DNA of 64,000 nucleotides from NCBI RefSeq assembly GCF_006345805.1, contig NC_043006.1, positions 64,418,001 to 64,482,000 on the forward strand, in the 5' to 3' direction. The notes under the pieces are model-generated. The model searched no databases. It was not told where the DNA came from and was given only the letters and a program-made list of their open reading frames with translations. Source of the DNA: Octopus sinensis. Lineage: Eukaryota. The position numbers and the translations under genes were made by a program. The stretch's first letter is position 1, and every line of letters starts with the position of its first letter. This document shows positions 24,442 through 37,061 of the stretch, piece by piece.

Positions 24442-25172
24442 ATCATCATCATCATCATCATTATTATTATGTATTATGTATGTATGTATGTATGTATGTA
24501 TAATAATAATAATAATAATAATGATGATGATGATGATGATGATGATGATAATAATAATAAATGTATATAGTTATTTATTTCCATTTGTTTATTTATCTGT
24601 GTATTTTATTTTATTATGTTTTCAGTTTTGTTTATATTGTAACCAGTTTATGGGGATCTTCTTCTGTCATATGCTGTGGTGTGTGCTAGTGTTCCATTCC
24701 AGATTCCTATTCAGGCTAGGTTTATCTTCTATTATGTATGTAGCTTCCGTAATTTGTCTGATTGTTGCGTCTGTTCTATGTGTGGACAAGATTTTAATTT
24801 CTATGTTGTTGATTGATCCCCCGTGTTCCTGCTCGGCGTGTTGGTACAGAACCGATGAACTATTTCCTTCCTTAATTTCTCTCCAATGCTCATTTACCCG
24901 CTCTCCTATGCTCCGTGCCGTTTCCCCCTATGTATGTCGTTGTCTTGTTACTGCATCATCCCTCTATACATCTTATACTGTAGACTACATTTCTGGCTTT
25001 ACAGTTTGTTTGTTTGTGGGCTAAATCTACACACAGTACAGTTCCTATCCGTACATGAGGTCACAGGAGTGTGACGAAAGAACTCTGGCCGAAATAAGAT
25101 TAAGATTAATGTAAAATATAAATAACACCAAATATATAGTGCGTGTGTTTTTATTGGCTAAACTGGCAAAAT
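24030..25172 (-). mobile_element. 5'-truncated Penelope-like element: GIY-YIG endonuclease 3' fragment flanked by inverted terminal copies
   Basis: Minus strand about 24700-25010: NVVYSIRC...YIGETARSIGERVNEH...QITEATYI..DKPSLN. Inverted arms 24030-24159 and 25055-25172; HHR-like CTGATGA-G-GTCACA ggag TGTGAC-GAAAG at 24133-24162 (-). Confidence 0.85.
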
Positions 25173-25849
25173 ATCTGTTTCAACACACGATTTCACATAA
25201 AAAATCTCGCAAAACAAATATATATATATATATGCACACGCATGTACGGGCGCATAGAGAATTGCATTTACCAAATGAATACAAACCTAAAGATGTATGT
25301 ACATGTTTATGCATTATGCATGTGCCATCTTTACCTATTTTGTCACTTGTGGAATTTTTATCTGTGGCAAACGCTTTCCCTTTCCACATACACGAGAAGT
25401 ATGCTCACACGCACGCACAAACAGAGGAGGAGAGGAGAAGGAAAGAAACCTTAAAAATCAGATGTCAAATAAGTCAGTGTCGAATCAGTGACGCCAAATA
25501 AGCGGTGCCATAATGGCTGAGCCAAAACGTCTCATACTCATCTCAAAAGTTGACATTAGTACTTGTACAATAAATGTAATGTAGAACAGTGCTTCTCAAA
25601 CTATCTGATGTGCCAGGAACTGGTAATATTTTATTCTTTATTTGTTTCAGCCATTTGACTGCGGCCATGCCGGACTCGTTCTTTGAAAGCCTAGTACTTA
25701 TTCTATAGGTCTCTTTTGCCAAACCGCTAACTTACGGGGACGTAAACACACCAACATCGGTCGTCATGCGATGGTGGGGGACAAGCACAGACAGACATAC
25801 ACACATACACACACACACACATGTACGTATATATATATATATATATATA

Positions 25850-25906
<57 letters not shown>

Positions 25907-26153
25907 GACGGGCTTCTTTCAATTTCCGTCTGCCAAATCCACTCACAAGGCTTTGGTCGTCCCGAGGTTATAGCAAAAGACACTTGCCCAAGGTACCACA
26001 CAGTGGGATTGAACCCCGGACCATGTGGTTGGTAAGCAAGCTACTTACCACTTAGCCACGCCTGCGCCTATGTAACATTAGTTTATACCGGAAACAATAT
26101 ATATAATGAATATAATAAAACAGTTCCATATTTAAGAGATGAGGAATTATGTA

Positions 26154-26397
26154 CATTATTTACATTATTTACATTCGACGGGTATTTATCCTCATCTTGT
26201 TTGTTGTTAACACATCGTTTCGGCTGAAATACCCTCCAGCCTTCATCAGGTGTCTTGGGGGAACTTTCGAACCTGGGTTCTCATTCAAAATTTCCCAAAG
26301 ATCCCTGATGAAGGCTGGAGGGTATATCAGTCGAAATGTGTTAACAACAAACAAGATGGGGATAAATACCCGTCAAATGTAAATAATGTAAATAATG
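26154..26397. repeat. 244 bp palindrome with two outward-facing hammerhead-like motifs
   Basis: Both arms read CTGATGA-A-GGCTG gagggtat(a/t)t CAG(C/T)C-GAAA...; both ends carry AATGTAAAT repeats. Confidence 0.85.
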
Positions 26398-28248
26398 AAT
26401 ATAATAAAAGTTGACAATTTATTTTTATCTTATATTTATTTTGTAAACAAATAATACAATATTACATAAGCATTTTATAATGTCAGTACCGGCAGCTGAT
26501 GGCTCGTGGACCGGCACCGGTCTGCGGATCACCTCTTTGAGTAGCACTGCTGTAGAATAGTGTTCTGTAATCGTAAATCCCTTACTGCCCCGTTGTAAAA
26601 GCTTGCTTCGTTATTTAGGGGACAACATATTCCTGTTCGCAGCACTTTTGTATGATGATCTGTTTGAATATTTGTTGGGATTTTATTTTTTTTCAAGTTT
26701 CTTGCCAACTTGGCTCTTTGGTTAGAAGCTTGCTTCCCAACCAACATGATTCTAGGTTCGGTACCACTGCGTGGAAACTTGGGCATTTGTCTTCTAGTAC
26801 AGCCTCGGGTTGACCGAAGCCTTGTAAGTGAATTTGGCTGACGGAAACTGGAAGAAGCCCGTCGTATACATTTGTGTGTGTGTGTAATTATGTATGTATG
26901 CGTGTGTGTACGTTTATGTGTTTCTGTGTGTTTGTTCCCCACCCACCATTTGACAACCGGTGTTGGTATGTTAACATCCCCGTAACCTAGCAGTTCGGCA
27001 TAAGTGGCCGATAGAACAGTATCAAGCTTTAAAAACAACAAGTCCTGGGGTCGATTCAATCCACTAAAAATTCGTCAAGGCGGTGCCCCAGCATGGCCGC
27101 AGTCTAATGGCTGAGGATAAAAAGATATATACATGTATACACACATGCACACATACAAGAACGCATACATACATACATACATACATACATACATACATAC
27201 ATACATACATACATACACACATACATACATAATTTTTATACAAAAGCCATCACTACCACCGCCCGTCCCCAATACCGTCGCCAACAACATCACCAATACC
27301 ATCATCATCACCACCATCATTACCATCACCATCATCATCACAACCACCACCACCACCTCCACCACCAGCCACTAATCCCTCTACACTCATTGTTACCTTG
27401 ACTTATGTAATTGTACTCTATGAGAGCCAACCCGATTGGCCCCTAACTGTTGAAAAGTACCTCATAACCACACCAGGGGGTTGGGTACAAAGTCAGTGAA
27501 TAATGTTCACCCCCCCCCTCCACTAGATATTCCACACCTGCATCGTGTGAACCGGAGCTAATGGATAACAGGTTCATTACATTTCGCCAACGCATTAGCA
27601 CCTTTCTCTGGAATTATAAAAAGGACGCATGGAAAAGTGTGTGTGTGTATGTATGTGTGTGTGTGTGTGTGAGTGCGTATGTATGTGTGTATGAATGCGT
27701 GTGTATGTGTGTTTATATATGTGTGTGTATGTATGTATGTGTGTCTATGTATGTATGTGTGTGTATGTATGTGTGTATATGTGTATGTGTGTAAGTATGT
27801 ATGCATGTTTGCATGTATGTATGTATACATGTATGTGTGTATGTGTGCATGTGTGTATGTATGCATGTATGTATGTGTATGTATGTGTGCATGTGTGTAT
27901 GTATGCATGTATGTATGTAAGTGTATGTGTGTATGAGTGTATGTATGTGTGTATGAGTGTATGTATGTGTGTATGTATGTGTGTATGCATGTGTGTGTAT
28001 GTGTGTGTGTATGTATGCATGTAGAGACAGAAGACAGACAGATAGATAAAGAGGATGGATGGATTAATGGATATGAGTGTGTGGGTTTGTGTGGGTGTTT
28101 ATTCATATATGTATGTTTATCGTTTGTCGCTGGTTTCAGTCATTGGACTGCGGCCATGCTAGGGCACCACATTGAACAGTTTTATCGAACATATTATTGT
28201 AGGTCTAATATTTCATCGGTCTCTTTTGCCGACCCCTCCCTAACCCCG

Positions 28249-28280
<32 letters not shown>

Positions 28281-28689
28281 ACAGGATTCCACACAGTTTC
28301 CGTCTACCAAGTTCACTTACAAAGTATTGATTAACCCGGAACTATAGTAGAGAACTCTTGCCCAAGGTTCCACGTAGTGGGATTGCACCCGAAACCACGT
28401 GGTTTACACCGGTTAAAATAACAGTTTTATGACATAAGCCATGGCTATTTATACCTGTAATATAGCGGTTGGACAATCAGATATCGATGAAGTATGTACC
28501 GAATTGGAAGGAAAAGAATGAGAACGATGTTCCACAGACATACATGCATAAATGAACAAAATGAACGAAATTTTCTTAGTGAGTGAAAACCCAGGCCCAA
28601 AACGTTTTACAAGCAAAATCGATTTTTTTTTTCACTCTTACCATCAAAACAAACACATGCATGATAATATAAATAGTTATTATTATATT

Positions 28690-28985
28690 TGTACATCGCG
28701 AAGATCGATTCCTGGACCGGGCTGCGTGTTGTGTTCTTGAGCAAGACACTTTATTTCACGTTGCTCCACTTCACTCAGCTGTAGAAATGAGTTGCGACGT
28801 CACAAGTGCTAGATTGTATCGGTCCCTTTGCCTTTCCCTTGGATAACACTGGTGGCGTGGAGAGGGGAGGCTGGCATGTATGGGCGACTGCTGGTCTTCC
28901 ATAAACAACCTTGCCCAGACTTGTGCCCCGGCGGGTAACTTTCTAGGTGCAATCCCATGGTCATTCATGACCGAAGGTGGTCACT
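28690..28985 (+). mobile_element. SINE with V-domain-like body
   Basis: GTGTTCTTGAGCAAGACACTTTATTTCACGTTGCTCCA..CACTCAGCTGTA. Related pieces at about 46215-46450, 56500-56580 and 60120-60230. Confidence 0.6.
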
Positions 28986-29146
28986 CATTTGTACATTGAT
29001 CATATCAGATAAACCCAATACTATAAAAGTAATGTTTCAAATCAGTCCAAAACATTTCTAAGTTCGTTCGATTCGGAGATTTTTTCATTTTCATTGCCCA
29101 ATACCTCATAAATATAATTTTCAATGCGCTTGAACTCCGTGCACAC

Positions 29147-29179
<33 letters not shown>

Positions 29180-29212
29180 ATGTATGTATGTATGTATGTA
29201 TGTATGTTGTGT

Positions 29213-29292
29213 CAGGTCACTTTCGAGTGCTACTGGTAACATGTAACCTAGTACAACCTGTTGCATGTTCGGGTCGTCGGCGACTAAACCGG
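29213..29292 (+). ncRNA. HDV-like ribozyme fold lacking the 5' P1 strand
   Basis: P2 CAGGT/ACCGG, P3 CAC/GTG with loop TTTCGA, CTACT-GG, P4 AACATGTAAC/GTTGCATGTT, hairpin GTCG/CGAC, J4/2 C-TAA. Confidence 0.5.
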
Positions 29293-29720
29293 CAACCCCA
29301 CCAAGCTTGTTTGGTGAGGAGGGTGTTTATTGGACACCCTACGGGATGAAAAACAAAACCCGTCAAAGGGCGGAGGAACTCTTGAGAGTCAACGACCATC
29401 CAATAAATGCCTTAAGGCTATATCATGCGCGGGGACATAGAAATAATCGGACTGAATACCCGATCGCGCGGTTAAAACATTGGGAGTGAAGGAATTCTAG
29501 CCTTTGTTAGGGCATCCTTCTAGAAGGTAACTCAGGTAACTGGAGTAACTCCGACATAAAACCTGCGACTCGGCGGTTACCGATGATGTTGACTTGTTCT
29601 TCTTTTCGGATTATGGCTGCTGTTGCTTAGTGAGTGGGATTGACTCAGTGCACAGCCTTTCCTCACTTTAAAAAAAAATCTTCTTGCACAGGCATTGCAC
29701 GATAACAACATTGATTAAGC
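29213..29720 (+). mobile_element. RTE-type LINE 5' region or non-autonomous derivative
   Basis: GC-rich CGACTAAACCGGCAACCCC...AAAACCCGTCAAAGGGCGGAGG resembles RTE 5' UTRs as I recall them; it begins with an HDV-like fold. Confidence 0.45.
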
Positions 29721-30404
29721 ATAGTGCATTGGCTATACTCGATAACATATATATGTGTACATATTACATGTACATCTATATATACATCTACACATAAAAT
29801 ACAAAATACAAAGTTATATCTTGATATCGCTAGTGATAACAATTCTCAAAATATATAACAGACTGGAATTGTTAGCCCGTCTCTTGTAATTTCGATCAAT
29901 TGTATCTTGTCCTCCCTCTTGTATGGAAGTGTGGCTACAATCCAGCCTACCTCTATTTATGGGCGGAGGAACATTTTAAATCTTTTTCCGGGACGTCCTA
30001 CGTCCCAGATATAAAGTTAAAAATAAAATATTTCACTTTGCAAGTTCGAGTCGAGTACTCCCTTGAACCTTGCTTCTATTGTGGCGAACTTACCGCCTCT
30101 GATTAGATACTTTTCATAGTCGCACCAAGACACTTTTCGAAGGTGCTTTCCTCCATGTTGTTTTATTATTACCCACAAGGGGCGAACATAGATGGGACAA
30201 TACAATCTGATGATGGGGTCAGACACACGAATGGGTTTTTACAATAAATCGAATTTAAAAATTTTCATGAATTACAATAAATGGACAGAAATCGAATGAT
30301 GGGGCAGACCGGAAGACATTACGGGTGGAGTGGGTGCGGGTTTAGCTCGGACCCCACGAGCCCCGCCTCCCCACTGATACTTTTGGTTGCGCTTGGTATT
30401 ACAT

Positions 30405-33400
30405 TTATGTTGTATCTTTCACTCGCAACTTTCGTGCTACATCCTTCCATCGTTCTTCATACACTCTCCTAGTCAGGCATATTCTCTCCAGCCCTATCTT
30501 CCTTTTCAGGTGAAAGATGAAATAATTCATCAAACCAGGGCCGGAGATGAACTTGCCTGACTGTAAACCTTTCATTCTCGTCTTCCATATCACCTCTTTC
30601 GCAATTGCTACTACAACGAGAAAACGAAACTTACCTTCATTCACGAGGAAATCCGGTGGGTCAATTTTTGTAATCGACTCAGTCGACAGCTGTACTCTTC
30701 GTGTACCTGACAACAGCTGTTCGGCATAAACCCACACCTCAGACACGTCCGGACAATGAACAATAGCGTGCGGGACGGTTTCCCTATCCCGCCCGCATCT
30801 TGGACATATCGGACTGTCTTGGCCACCGTGCCTTGCGAGTTTATCCCGAACAGGTAGAGCTCCTCTGTAGCATTGCCATGCCAGAGACTTCTGGAAGTTG
30901 TCCAGTGTCCTCGGCTTGAACGTACGTCGGAACAGACTGGCCAGCTGATTATCGTCGAGACCTAGGGTTTCCCCCAAGGTATCTTCACATTCCGCCTCTA
31001 CCAACCCTCTATAGAAGAATGTGGTGGAACCCCCACCGCAGGCGTTGCCCGAGCGACGGAATAGCAGGAGAGCCTTGCGACACTCCGTGTACCAAGTACC
31101 AAGTTTCGATCTACGATTCAGCCAGGTTTCCCATCCACCGAAACTAGTGAACTTGGGAAACATCAGTTTTGCTAGCGAAGACCACACCCGTTCACCATCC
31201 AGGTAGAGCCACAGATGTCTTAACCTCAGCGCATGTCTGCGCATCATCAGCCAAGGCATCCCTAGCCCACCCTTTAACGGTTGTTGACAGCAAGTAGAGC
31301 GTTTCACAAGTGGTTTCCCGCCCTTCCACAAGAAGTAGAAGAGCTGTCTTTCCAACTTGATCAACCACGAATCAGGGCAAGGAACGACGGAAAGGCGGTA
31401 GGTGATAACCGATGCGATAAACACATTGGCCACCTCCGCCCTCCCTTTCAGGGATAGCCACCGCCAAGACCAGGTCTTGGCTACTGCAGCCACCTTGCTC
31501 GTTACCTCGCCCCAATTCTTCTCTATTTGGAGGTCTGGACCGAACCAGACCCCTAGCAGTTTAATCGGACCCTCCGTCCAACGTCCCACGACGCTGTCAG
31601 GAGGCATCGACTTGCCTCTCCAGGTGCCGAGTTGCAAGCCGACTGACTTTTCGCGATTAACTTTTGCTCCTGTCACCGTCTCGTAAACCTCTATGGCCTT
31701 GCCTACTTTACATAGGTGGTCCATTTCGGTTACGATGATGGTGATGTCATCCGCGTACGCTGACACTGATTTTCCATTACCTGGCTGTCTCGGGATGCCG
31801 CTCAGTTTTCGCAGTAATGGCTCAAGAGCCATCACGTACAAAAGCGGGGAGAGCGGACACCCTTGACGAACCGAGCGTTTGATTTTGAACGGCTTCGACA
31901 AGAAGCCGTTCACCCGAACTACCGAGTCGATGTTATCATAAATTTGGATAATCCACCTGAGGAAGCCAAGGCTCAGCCCGAACTGTGCCAGGGCAGATAC
32001 CAGGTAACGATGGTCGACCCTATCAAAAGCTTTAGATTGGTCTAAATGGACCAGTGCCCCACCCTTGCCAGAATCACTATTAAACCCCTCTATAGTGTAC
32101 CGCATTAGATGGAGATTATCCTGAATGGATCTGCCCGGAACGGCACATGTCTGTGCCTCTCCGATCAGACCATCCGCGACACGCGCCAATCTTTTCGATA
32201 ACACTTTGGCCAAAATCTTCAACTCTGTGTTTAGCAGAGTGATGGGCCTGAAATTATCAATGCACTCCCCCTTGCTCGGGTCCTTTCTGACGAGAGTCAC
32301 TACTCCCCGGCGCACAGATCTGGGTATAAGCCCGTTCTGCTGCCAGTTCGCATAGACCTCCGCCAGTAGGTGCCCGAACAAGTCTGGCATACTCTTATAT
32401 AACTCATAGGGTAGACCATCCAAACCCGGCGCCTTGCCCGCGCCGCAGTCCGCCATTGCCTCAACCACCTCCTCAGGCGTGATTGGCCCTTCACAGCCCT
32501 CCGCATCTCGCCCCGATAAGCGCGGCAGCCCGTCGAGTAGGTCCGTAAAGGCCCTCCTCCTATCCAGTCCGCCGCACTCACCGAAAAGCTGAGCGAAGTG
32601 CTCCTGAAAGGCCTCACACATCTCCTCGGGTTCGTTTATCAACTCACCTTGTTGGTTCGTCAAAGATCGAATCGTGGCATCGTTACCATGCTGAGCTTCC
32701 ACCACTCGGGCCCATCTCACGGCGTTGATTCCTTCACATCCCATATGGCGGATTCTAGCCCTGACAATGCAGCCCATGTGTTTGGCCTCGAGGTGCTGGT
32801 TTAACACCAGTCTCTTGGACGCCACCTGAGCCGCAGAGCCAGTTTTCATGGCTTCCTCTAATTCCTTAACTAGAGTAGTTTCCCTTCTAGCCTCTCTAGC
32901 CACTACTCCTATGCTATATCTAATAGACTCAAACTTGATGGCTCGTTTGAGGGCGTACCACCATTTGTTATTAATGATGGTACCAGATAGTGCCCTCTGA
33001 ATTATATTCCTAATCCGGTCTTTGTACTCCTTAATCGCCAAAAGGGACGTATTAAGTTTCCAGTAACCGGATCCTCTATTTTTAACCTTATCTATGTCAA
33101 GCTTACAAGTGACCATTTTATGATCACTGTAGCTGATCGGGTAAAACTGTGGACACTTAGCTATTTTACTGTCTACTTTTCTAATTAGTATTCTATCTAA
33201 ATATGACCTGGAAGATCCGTCGCTGTTTGACCATGTCCACAATGGAGCGTTCGGAAATTCCAGCCTATAAGGATCTGCTAGCTCAAAGCGGCTTAGCAGT
33301 TCCATGAAGCCACTGTTGCCTTTTCTATCTGGACGCGAGCCAACACAATCTACATCCGCTTTGCAAATTGTGTTAAAGTCTCCTAGCACCACTAATGAAT

Positions 33401-33799
33401 GCGAAGTACCAAGAAAGTTTTCTAGTTCACGAAAATAATCACTTTGCCCTGTATGGTTGGGTGCGTAAATTGCAACCAGTCTGATAACTTTACCATTACT
33501 GAACGTCAAATCCATGACGACCAGCCTACCTTCTGGATCTGCAAAAATTAACTTTTTCTCAGAAACCCGGTTTCTTTTTAATAGGACCAACACCCCACTC
33601 CCGCCTGTAGGACTGCCAGGAGAGAAAAAACTCTCGTAGCCGTCAAACAGCGGGAGTAGACCTCTTGGCCCCTCTAACCGGGTTTCTGTAGCAACAATAA
33701 CATCTAAATTACGCGACCTGATATCATGCAGGAAGCGACCTTGCTTCCAGCCTGCTCCCAGGCCGCGCACTTCAAACAACCAACATAAATGTAATCCAT
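30405..33799 (-). CDS. LINE ORF2: apurinic-like endonuclease, reverse transcriptase, C-terminal CCHC
   Basis: 1124 aa open frame with ATETRL, IYAPN, LGDFN, YLDRILI, SDHKMV, WKLNTSLL, APGLDGL, FRPITLLN, DQSKAFDRVDH, VRQGCPLSP, YADD, CPRCGRDRETVPHAIVHC. The likely true start is ATG at 33799 (MDYIYVGCL-N-VRGL), broken by a 1 nt deletion near 33771. Confidence 0.93.
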
Positions 33800-33807
33800 T
33801 ACTTACC

Positions 33808-34997
33808 TTATATCAGTGGTTCGGTTTTCTCTTGTTCTTCTAACTCTTTTTCTGGGCCTCGTGGGGGAGTCTGACTTAGGCCCTCGAATATATGTGGAGA
33901 TGTCACATCCAATCTAAGTGGGCCTACGTCATGGAAGAATTCTGACTTTATCCGCCCGTAATCCTTCCGGCCTATTCTGTAAATTACAAAGTCGTTTTTT
34001 TTCACTACTTTCTCCACTTTGGCCATGGCTGCCAACACGTTTCCGAGTCTGCTATTTGCTGCCTTTACGGCCATATACGAGTTCATTGACTCTCTTTTCT
34101 TTTTTAAAATTACTCTGGGAGGGGTGGTTTCCGTTTTTCTTTTTTTTTTCCGGTAATTTTTGCCCACCCCTCCTCATTTATCTTTTCCTCGCTCTTTTTT
34201 TCCTCCGCCGCTGGTTCTGCTGTCACCGTCACCTCCACACCTTCAGTCTTCCCTTCTGGGCCGTCCGACGCTGCTTCTGGTGACACATTATCTTCTTTTT
34301 CTCTTGGCTTAGGTGCTTCCTGCGGTTTGGGTTGGGGTTGGCATTCCGCCCTTACATGACCCTTCTTGCCGCAGCCGAAGCACCTCGGCTTCCTGCCCTC
34401 CACGAAAACTGTTATTTTCTCGTCTTCACTAATCTTTACCGTTTCTGGAATTTCTTCCAGTGTTTGCACCTCCGCCTGAATGGCTATCACTATTTTCTGC
34501 CCTTTCCAAAACTCCTCTTCCTCCACTGTGGCCTGGAGGATGTTTATTTTTTCCTCCAGGCCTACCATCACTGCTGCCACCAGACATTCTGCATCTGCCT
34601 CTGGCGGTATGTTGTTCATTGAAATTTTCGACGTCCTTTTTCCTTTATACAATGGTAGTAAGACAATGTTTTCTGTTTTGATCGGCTCCATCGATAGTTT
34701 TTTCGCTATCTCCTCCGTAGTAAAACGCACCTCCACTGTGCCGTATCTTTTTCCTCTGTTTATATACGTTATTTTATCCATAAAAGGTTTTAGACAAAAC
34801 TCTATTTTTTTTTCTTCGATTTTTTGGATCATTTTTGTCGTTGTGTCGTAAGTTTTATATATTATTCTTTTTTTTTCTATATCGTCATGTTTTCGTATGT
34901 TTGTGGCCACAGTCACTTCTGTGCCCTCTTTTTTTACACAGTCTGCAAATTTTTCCAAATTTTCTATATTTATTTTTTTAATCTTTTTCCCAGCCAC
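33808..34997 (-). CDS. LINE ORF1 (gag-like nucleic-acid-binding protein), split by a 1 nt shift in an A10 run
   Basis: CFGCGKKGHVRAEC zinc knuckle. The 295 aa ORF (34110-34997) and 119 aa ORF (33808-34167) join into one frame if the run at 34140-34149 had one more base. Confidence 0.8.
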
Positions 34998-35139
34998 TTC
35001 AGCGAATTTTTTCGCTGGAGTTGATGACTATTCCATTTCTGCACGCTAATTTTATTTTTAATTTATTCCCATTCATGTGAAACCACTTATTCAAGTTTTA
35101 TTACTTACTACATATAATTCAATTGTTATTATTATTTTT

Positions 35140-35405
35140 ATTGTTAAAGTGAAAGTATCTGACATAAAATAGAGAAACGTTTTTGTTTCACCTTTAACAC
35201 GTAATACTGAAATAGTGGAGAAGATATGATATTGCTATGGGCTCGCTCTAGGCAAGAAGTTGAACATTTTCTTTTGCCCATGAAACTACATGGATCCTAA
35301 GTAAGGCATGTGTAAAATTTGAATGAAATTGGTTGTGTAGTTCTCAAGTTTTATGGAAACACAGACAGACAGACAGACACACATTCTCAGTTTTATATAT
35401 AAAAA
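35140..35405. mobile_element. Non-autonomous Helitron/Helentron-like repeat
   Basis: TGTAAAATTTGAATGAAATTGGTTG and (CAGA)n..TTTTATATAT; an inverted relative lies at 41425-41710. Confidence 0.4.
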
Positions 35406-35420
35406 GATATATATATCTTT

Positions 35421-35466
<46 letters not shown>

Positions 35467-35889
35467 GTTTCCGAGTGCTAACTTTTCAACTTTTGTTTTG
35501 TACGAATGTGCTCACGTTTGTGTATATGTGTGTATGTGCATGCGTGTGCGTGTATGTGTTTGTTTGTGTGTGTTCGTTTGTGTGTGTGTGTGTAATTGCG
35601 CATATACATACATACACTATTTTTCTAGTTTTTACCACCATCACCTCCCGCTGCCACCACTACCTCAATCACGAACGCAACACCTTCATGTTGATGATTG
35701 AAAACAGGTTAAAATGGCTGCCATCACCTGCCAAAACAATAACTGAGTGAGTGGTGACGCAAGGCTGGGACACTGAAGCGTTTCCTACACCTGGATCATT
35801 CCCCCACCCCACGCGCTGATGGAAGGGACGCAGAACAGCTCCCTACCTCTTTGGCTATCCTACACACACACTAAAAAGTTTGTTACCAT

Positions 35890-36570
35890 GACCCCGTCCC
35901 ACTACTATCATCATCATCATCATTACAACAACCGTCACTCTTGACGTCACTAACACCATTACCATCACCACCACCAACTGCATCGTTATTACCCATCATC
36001 ATCATCATCATCAGTATCATCTCCAACAACAGCTTCATCGCCGCCGCCACCAACACTACTACCACCATTTCACCGCAACCACCCCCACCATCGTTACTAC
36101 CTTTGCTACCACTACGAGATAGCACTACTACTACTACCACCACCACCACAACTACCACTGCCATCATTAGTACTATCACAGCTACTCCCACCACCATTTC
36201 TACCACCACGGCAACCATACCACCACCACCAATACGAACACTATCGCCACTGCCACTGCTACTACTACTACCACTACTACTACCACTACTACTCTACTTC
36301 AACTACTACTACTTCAACTATTAATATTTCCACCACCACGACCACAACCGCCATCACCATCACTACCACCACCACTACCACCATTACCATCATCATCACC
36401 TTCACCCCCACCACTACCATCACCACCATCACCACCACTACTACTACAACCACCACCACCACCACTACCATGACCATCATCACCACCTTCACATCCACCA
36501 CTACCACAACCATTACTATTACCACTACCACCACCACCACCACCTCTACCATCACCTCCACACACCTTGA
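35890..36570. repeat. Degenerate (ACC/ACT/ATC)n tract
   Basis: Low-complexity trinucleotide repeats. Confidence 0.9.
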
Positions 36571-37016
36571 ATAAATCCGTTCCAACCTGTAATTTCTCAC
36601 ACGTGGAACATCTAAGCCGAGGAGGGTGGGTGGCAGTGGAGGGTAGCGCCGAGTTATGTGGAATAAGGTGTGTGGGGATGTACCCGGGGGTATCTATAAA
36701 GCCAGATGACAAAGTTGGGGTGGGGGGTTAAGAAAAACATTATGAAACCCGGACACCCGAGCTTTATTTATTTATTTATATAGGTATTTTGGTGATTTTG
36801 GCGGAGATACGTACAGACTTGTTTTTATGTGAAGGGGTGTGTGAGTGCGTGTGTGTGTGTGTGTGTGTTTGAGAGAGAGAAAGGGGGAGATTGTGAGTAT
36901 GCGTGCGTGTGCGGGGGTGCCTGTGAGTATGTGCGTGTGGGTGTGGATGGATGTATGTGTATCTGCGTGTGTATTTTGTGTGTGTGTGTGTGGTATGACG
37001 AGTTGTCTTTGAGTGT

Positions 37017-37061
<45 letters not shown>

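Larger units (their letters stand above)
30158..35025 (-). mobile_element. Near full-length Tx1 (L1-clade) non-LTR retrotransposon, two-ORF architecture
   Basis: ORF1 with CCHC knuckle, 8 nt spacer, APE-RT-CCHC ORF2, 3' UTR of about 245 nt ending GCCCCTTGTGGGTAATAATAAAA. No clear TSD found. Confidence 0.95.

Noticed and set aside
30140-35050. Target-site duplication for the full-length Tx1
   Set aside because: The flanks share only ATGGA-like similarity, too short to call.
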